Shown here: piece after piece, positions 61,311 through 64,000 of the stretch
How the letters are laid out: each line of letters starts with the position of its first letter
How positions within the stretch are numbered: position 1 is the stretch's first letter
Assembly: GCA_013239625.1 (NCBI GenBank)
Contig: MU054323.1
Span: 3,894,161-3,958,160, forward strand
Origin: Lama guanicoe
Taxonomy: Eukaryota
Length of the DNA: 64,000 nt
Reading direction: 5' to 3'
Program-made: the position numbers and the translations under genes
Notes under the pieces: model-generated
Databases searched by the model: none
Seen by the model: only the letters and a program-made list of their open reading frames with translations
Told to the model about the DNA's origin: nothing

Positions 61311-62739
61311 GATAGGAGGAGCATGAATTGGAGGTGAAAGAGGCACCTGGATCCTTTGCCTGACTCCCCAGGGTGACCTTGCCCTCATGTACGTGTCAGT
61401 GATGATGAGGTGACAGGAAACATCTCCTGCCTCCATGTCAGTCTAGGCCTCTGTGAGGAAAGGTACCATATGTACAAACCAAGTAACCTGCTTAATCTCT
61501 CTTGATTGGATAGTTCCCAGAACAGAAATATTTCTGTAACAGAAGAACAAAGTCCTTCCTGCCACCTGGTGCATTTACCACATACTGTCTTCCAGTGGCC
61601 TCAGTGGGTCCTGGCTGGGTACCACCTTGATTGAAGAAAACTCCATAAAACCCCAAAACTTGCAAAGAACATTCACTTTAGGAAGGATGGCTCACAGGAT
61701 AAGAGGAAACTGCTTTACAAGAATCTTCCCATCAGATTCTCTTACATTGTAAATTCCAAATATTCTTTGATTTATCAAAGCGAACACCTATATAAAGGGT
61801 TTTCTTGAGTCTAGTGAATGTGTAAAGTGAGGCAGGGGTGTGATTGGCTCAGAAATCACCTTCCAATGTAAGTGACTATTTGCAGCAGAAAAACTGCCTG
61901 CAAACACTACCCTCCGCCATCCATCACCTGTTTCCTTCCCTTAGACACTGAAAAGGAATGTGCGGAGAATGTTCTAACCAAGAACCTGCATCCACGGGAC
62001 TCATCTCTTGCAGCAAAACTGAAGATTTCACTACATCTCTCTTGTGCAAGTTTCTCATCTTAGCCTCTTGGGAGAAGGCAAATACATGGTGGGGGGGGGT
62101 CTCTTCACCCATCTACCCTGTCCCAGGAAAATTGTGTGAAGAATTTTTGATAAACAGATTCTTTTAAAAACATCATAGGATGAATCATTCCCCTATTAGT
62201 TTGTGAAAGATGGGAAGAAAACATTTTAAAGCTGGCTGCAGTTGGAGTCTGTTGGCCTAAAAGGAAGGCAATTTGTTTCCTGGTAAGAAGACTGTTTTGT
62301 CTTTAAGGAAAATAGGTCAACGGGCCTTTGGGTTATAAAACAGGAGGCCCCACTGCCTTCCCAGACATAACCACAGAAGAGTCAAATTGTTCTGCCTTCT
62401 ACAGGGACAGGAGTCTTCCTCTATTGGGTGGGGCAGACAGAGTGTGGGGACCTGGGGAAAGTCAAAGGAGGGAGGGAAAGAGAGCCCTAGAGAGATGGGA
62501 GCAGATGGCTTACACGACAGCCACGTGTTAGGGGACCGTGGGAAGGGCTGGAGTGCAGTGGGTTGATTCAGATAGTAAAGAGGAGGAAGACCTTGGAGTC
62601 TGGATAATGTGGGCACGTCCAGGCAGCCCACACTTAGTTGCATAGTGAGTTTCAGGCTTATAGTCTGTGTATATTGAATCTGCCTAAAGTAGGGCACACC
62701 ATGGTCATACTGGACCCACAGGCTGTCAGTCCTGGGAGG

Positions 62740-62832
62740 ACCGTCAGGCGAGATGGCTGGTGACCTGCCCAGGTTCACAGAGGCAGTCAGTCAGCAGCAG
62801 AGTTGGAGCCCGGGTCGCAGCCTCCTGACTGC
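62740..62832 (-). mobile_element. MIR fragment
   Basis: gtgacctgcccaggttcacag...cagcagag...ctcctgact. Confidence 0.55.
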
Positions 62833-64000
62833 CGTGGAGGAACTCTCCCAAGTAGAGACCCCCCTTGGAGACGGAGACTGCTCCACTGGCCCGAGGGAGA
62901 ACCCCTGGGAGGCCACATTTCCACTGGGGTTTGCCAGGACTGGACGGCCCTGTGGGGAGCCTGAAGATGCTGAGCGGCCCTCGGACAAGGAGAGAGGAGC
63001 TGAGGTTGGTGTGTCCTGTGTTTGGATTATTCCCTGCCTCTGGTGCTACCGGGAGTTGGGCTGTATGTGCCTTTCATCCTAGCTCTGTGGCTTTGCCCCC
63101 ACACAGAGCTGAGGGGAGACCTGCACCCTCAGTCTGCATCTGTGCCCGTTACAGAACAGGACTCAGCCCTGTGTGGCCGAGGGGCCCTGTGAATGGGGAG
63201 GCAGGGTGCCAGGGAGGGAGAGGAAAAGCTGAAGGGCAAAAACATGGAATGTGTCGTGGGAGCAAGGACCCAGAGGGAAGAGAAGGTTGTCCAAAGTATC
63301 AGACCGCAGTCACTGAGGGCAGTCTTCTATTATCCGTTACCCTGGTGTTAAGACCCCTGACTAGAGGTCAAGGTAATAAAACAGGCAGAGGAAGTGATCT
63401 AAGACACCAGAGAAAGAAAAGGTACAGTAGGAGAAGCACTAAAAATGGACCAAATGGACTGGCCTGATTGATTAAAATACACACCCAGTCATCTTGGGGG
63501 AAGGGAAGTAGAGGTGGCTGGGCGGAGGCTGGGAAGGCGGCAGGCAGGCTGGAAGGGGGTCGGGAGTTAGGAGGGAGGAGGCTAGTTCTAGAGGGTGGGC
63601 GGAGGCAGTTCCAGGGCTGGGACAGGCTTGTGGAGGAAAGACGGGAGACGCTTCACGCCCCCACCACCCTGAGCACCCCCAGCAGCTCAGCCTCCTCGGA
63701 GGACATGGATAGTCTCTCTCCAAAGGGCTGACATCAGTCTCAAGGATTTTCAGTCCCTTCCTCCTTCCACCCCAAAACCTTTTATGAGAGAAAAAGCCTG
63801 TAAGTACCACTTCAATGCAATGGTCAGTCAGTCAACAAACAGCCCACAGCAATGCTGTCTGGGTTGTCTCAGAGGAGTTCATAGAAGGCAATCATTGTTT
63901 TGGCAAACTCAGGGGAGCCTCAAAAGAGGCTGGGCTCTTAAACTACGCAGGCTTAAGGTGGAACATAGAAGAAAACTGACAAGGTCTGAGCAGAAGCCCA

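Noticed and set aside
61787-61798. CCTATATAAAGG as a CArG/SRF box
   Set aside because: It has eight A/T bases between CC and GG rather than six
62865-63467. 200-aa ORF
   Set aside because: GC-rich, G/R/P-biased composition, no recognisable family and no supporting gene structure
1-64000. CRISPR array, operon, prophage or other prokaryotic-type system
   Set aside because: No regularly spaced repeats or dense coding sequence; the repeat content is plainly eutherian

Overview
This is mammalian genomic DNA, most likely a camelid (camel/alpaca/llama). The evidence is a tRNA-Ala(AGC)-derived SINE at 45727-45890 that resembles the camelid SINE as I recall it, and no Alu, B1/B2, Bov-A/Bov-tA or PRE1 elements were recognised. 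I find no supportable protein-coding gene, rRNA, functional tRNA or CRISPR array. The ORF track consists of chance ORFs, ORFs inside decayed repeats, and ORFs reading through nine N-gaps (about 1.6 kb in total). The window looks like a gene desert or a long intron. It is built from ancient eutherian repeats (MIR, L2, L1ME, MaLR/ERVL/ERV1 solo LTRs, hAT MITEs), several of them nested, interleaved with repeat-free islands rich in developmental TF motifs (HOX/PBX/MEIS, SOX, POU, FOX, TCF/LEF, nuclear receptor, CTCF) that are candidate enhancers. I cannot support a new biological system here. The best leads are a TCF/LEF palindrome overlapping a PBX-HOX site next to TATA/CCAAT boxes, a nuclear-receptor half-site array containing a perfect DR2, a consensus CTCF site beside a MIR, a few well-bounded + strand candidate exons, an unassigned ~500-bp LTR inside L1ME, and a palindrome-perfected SINE. 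Repeat family names come from my recollection of consensus sequences rather than a search, and boundaries of old elements are approximate.
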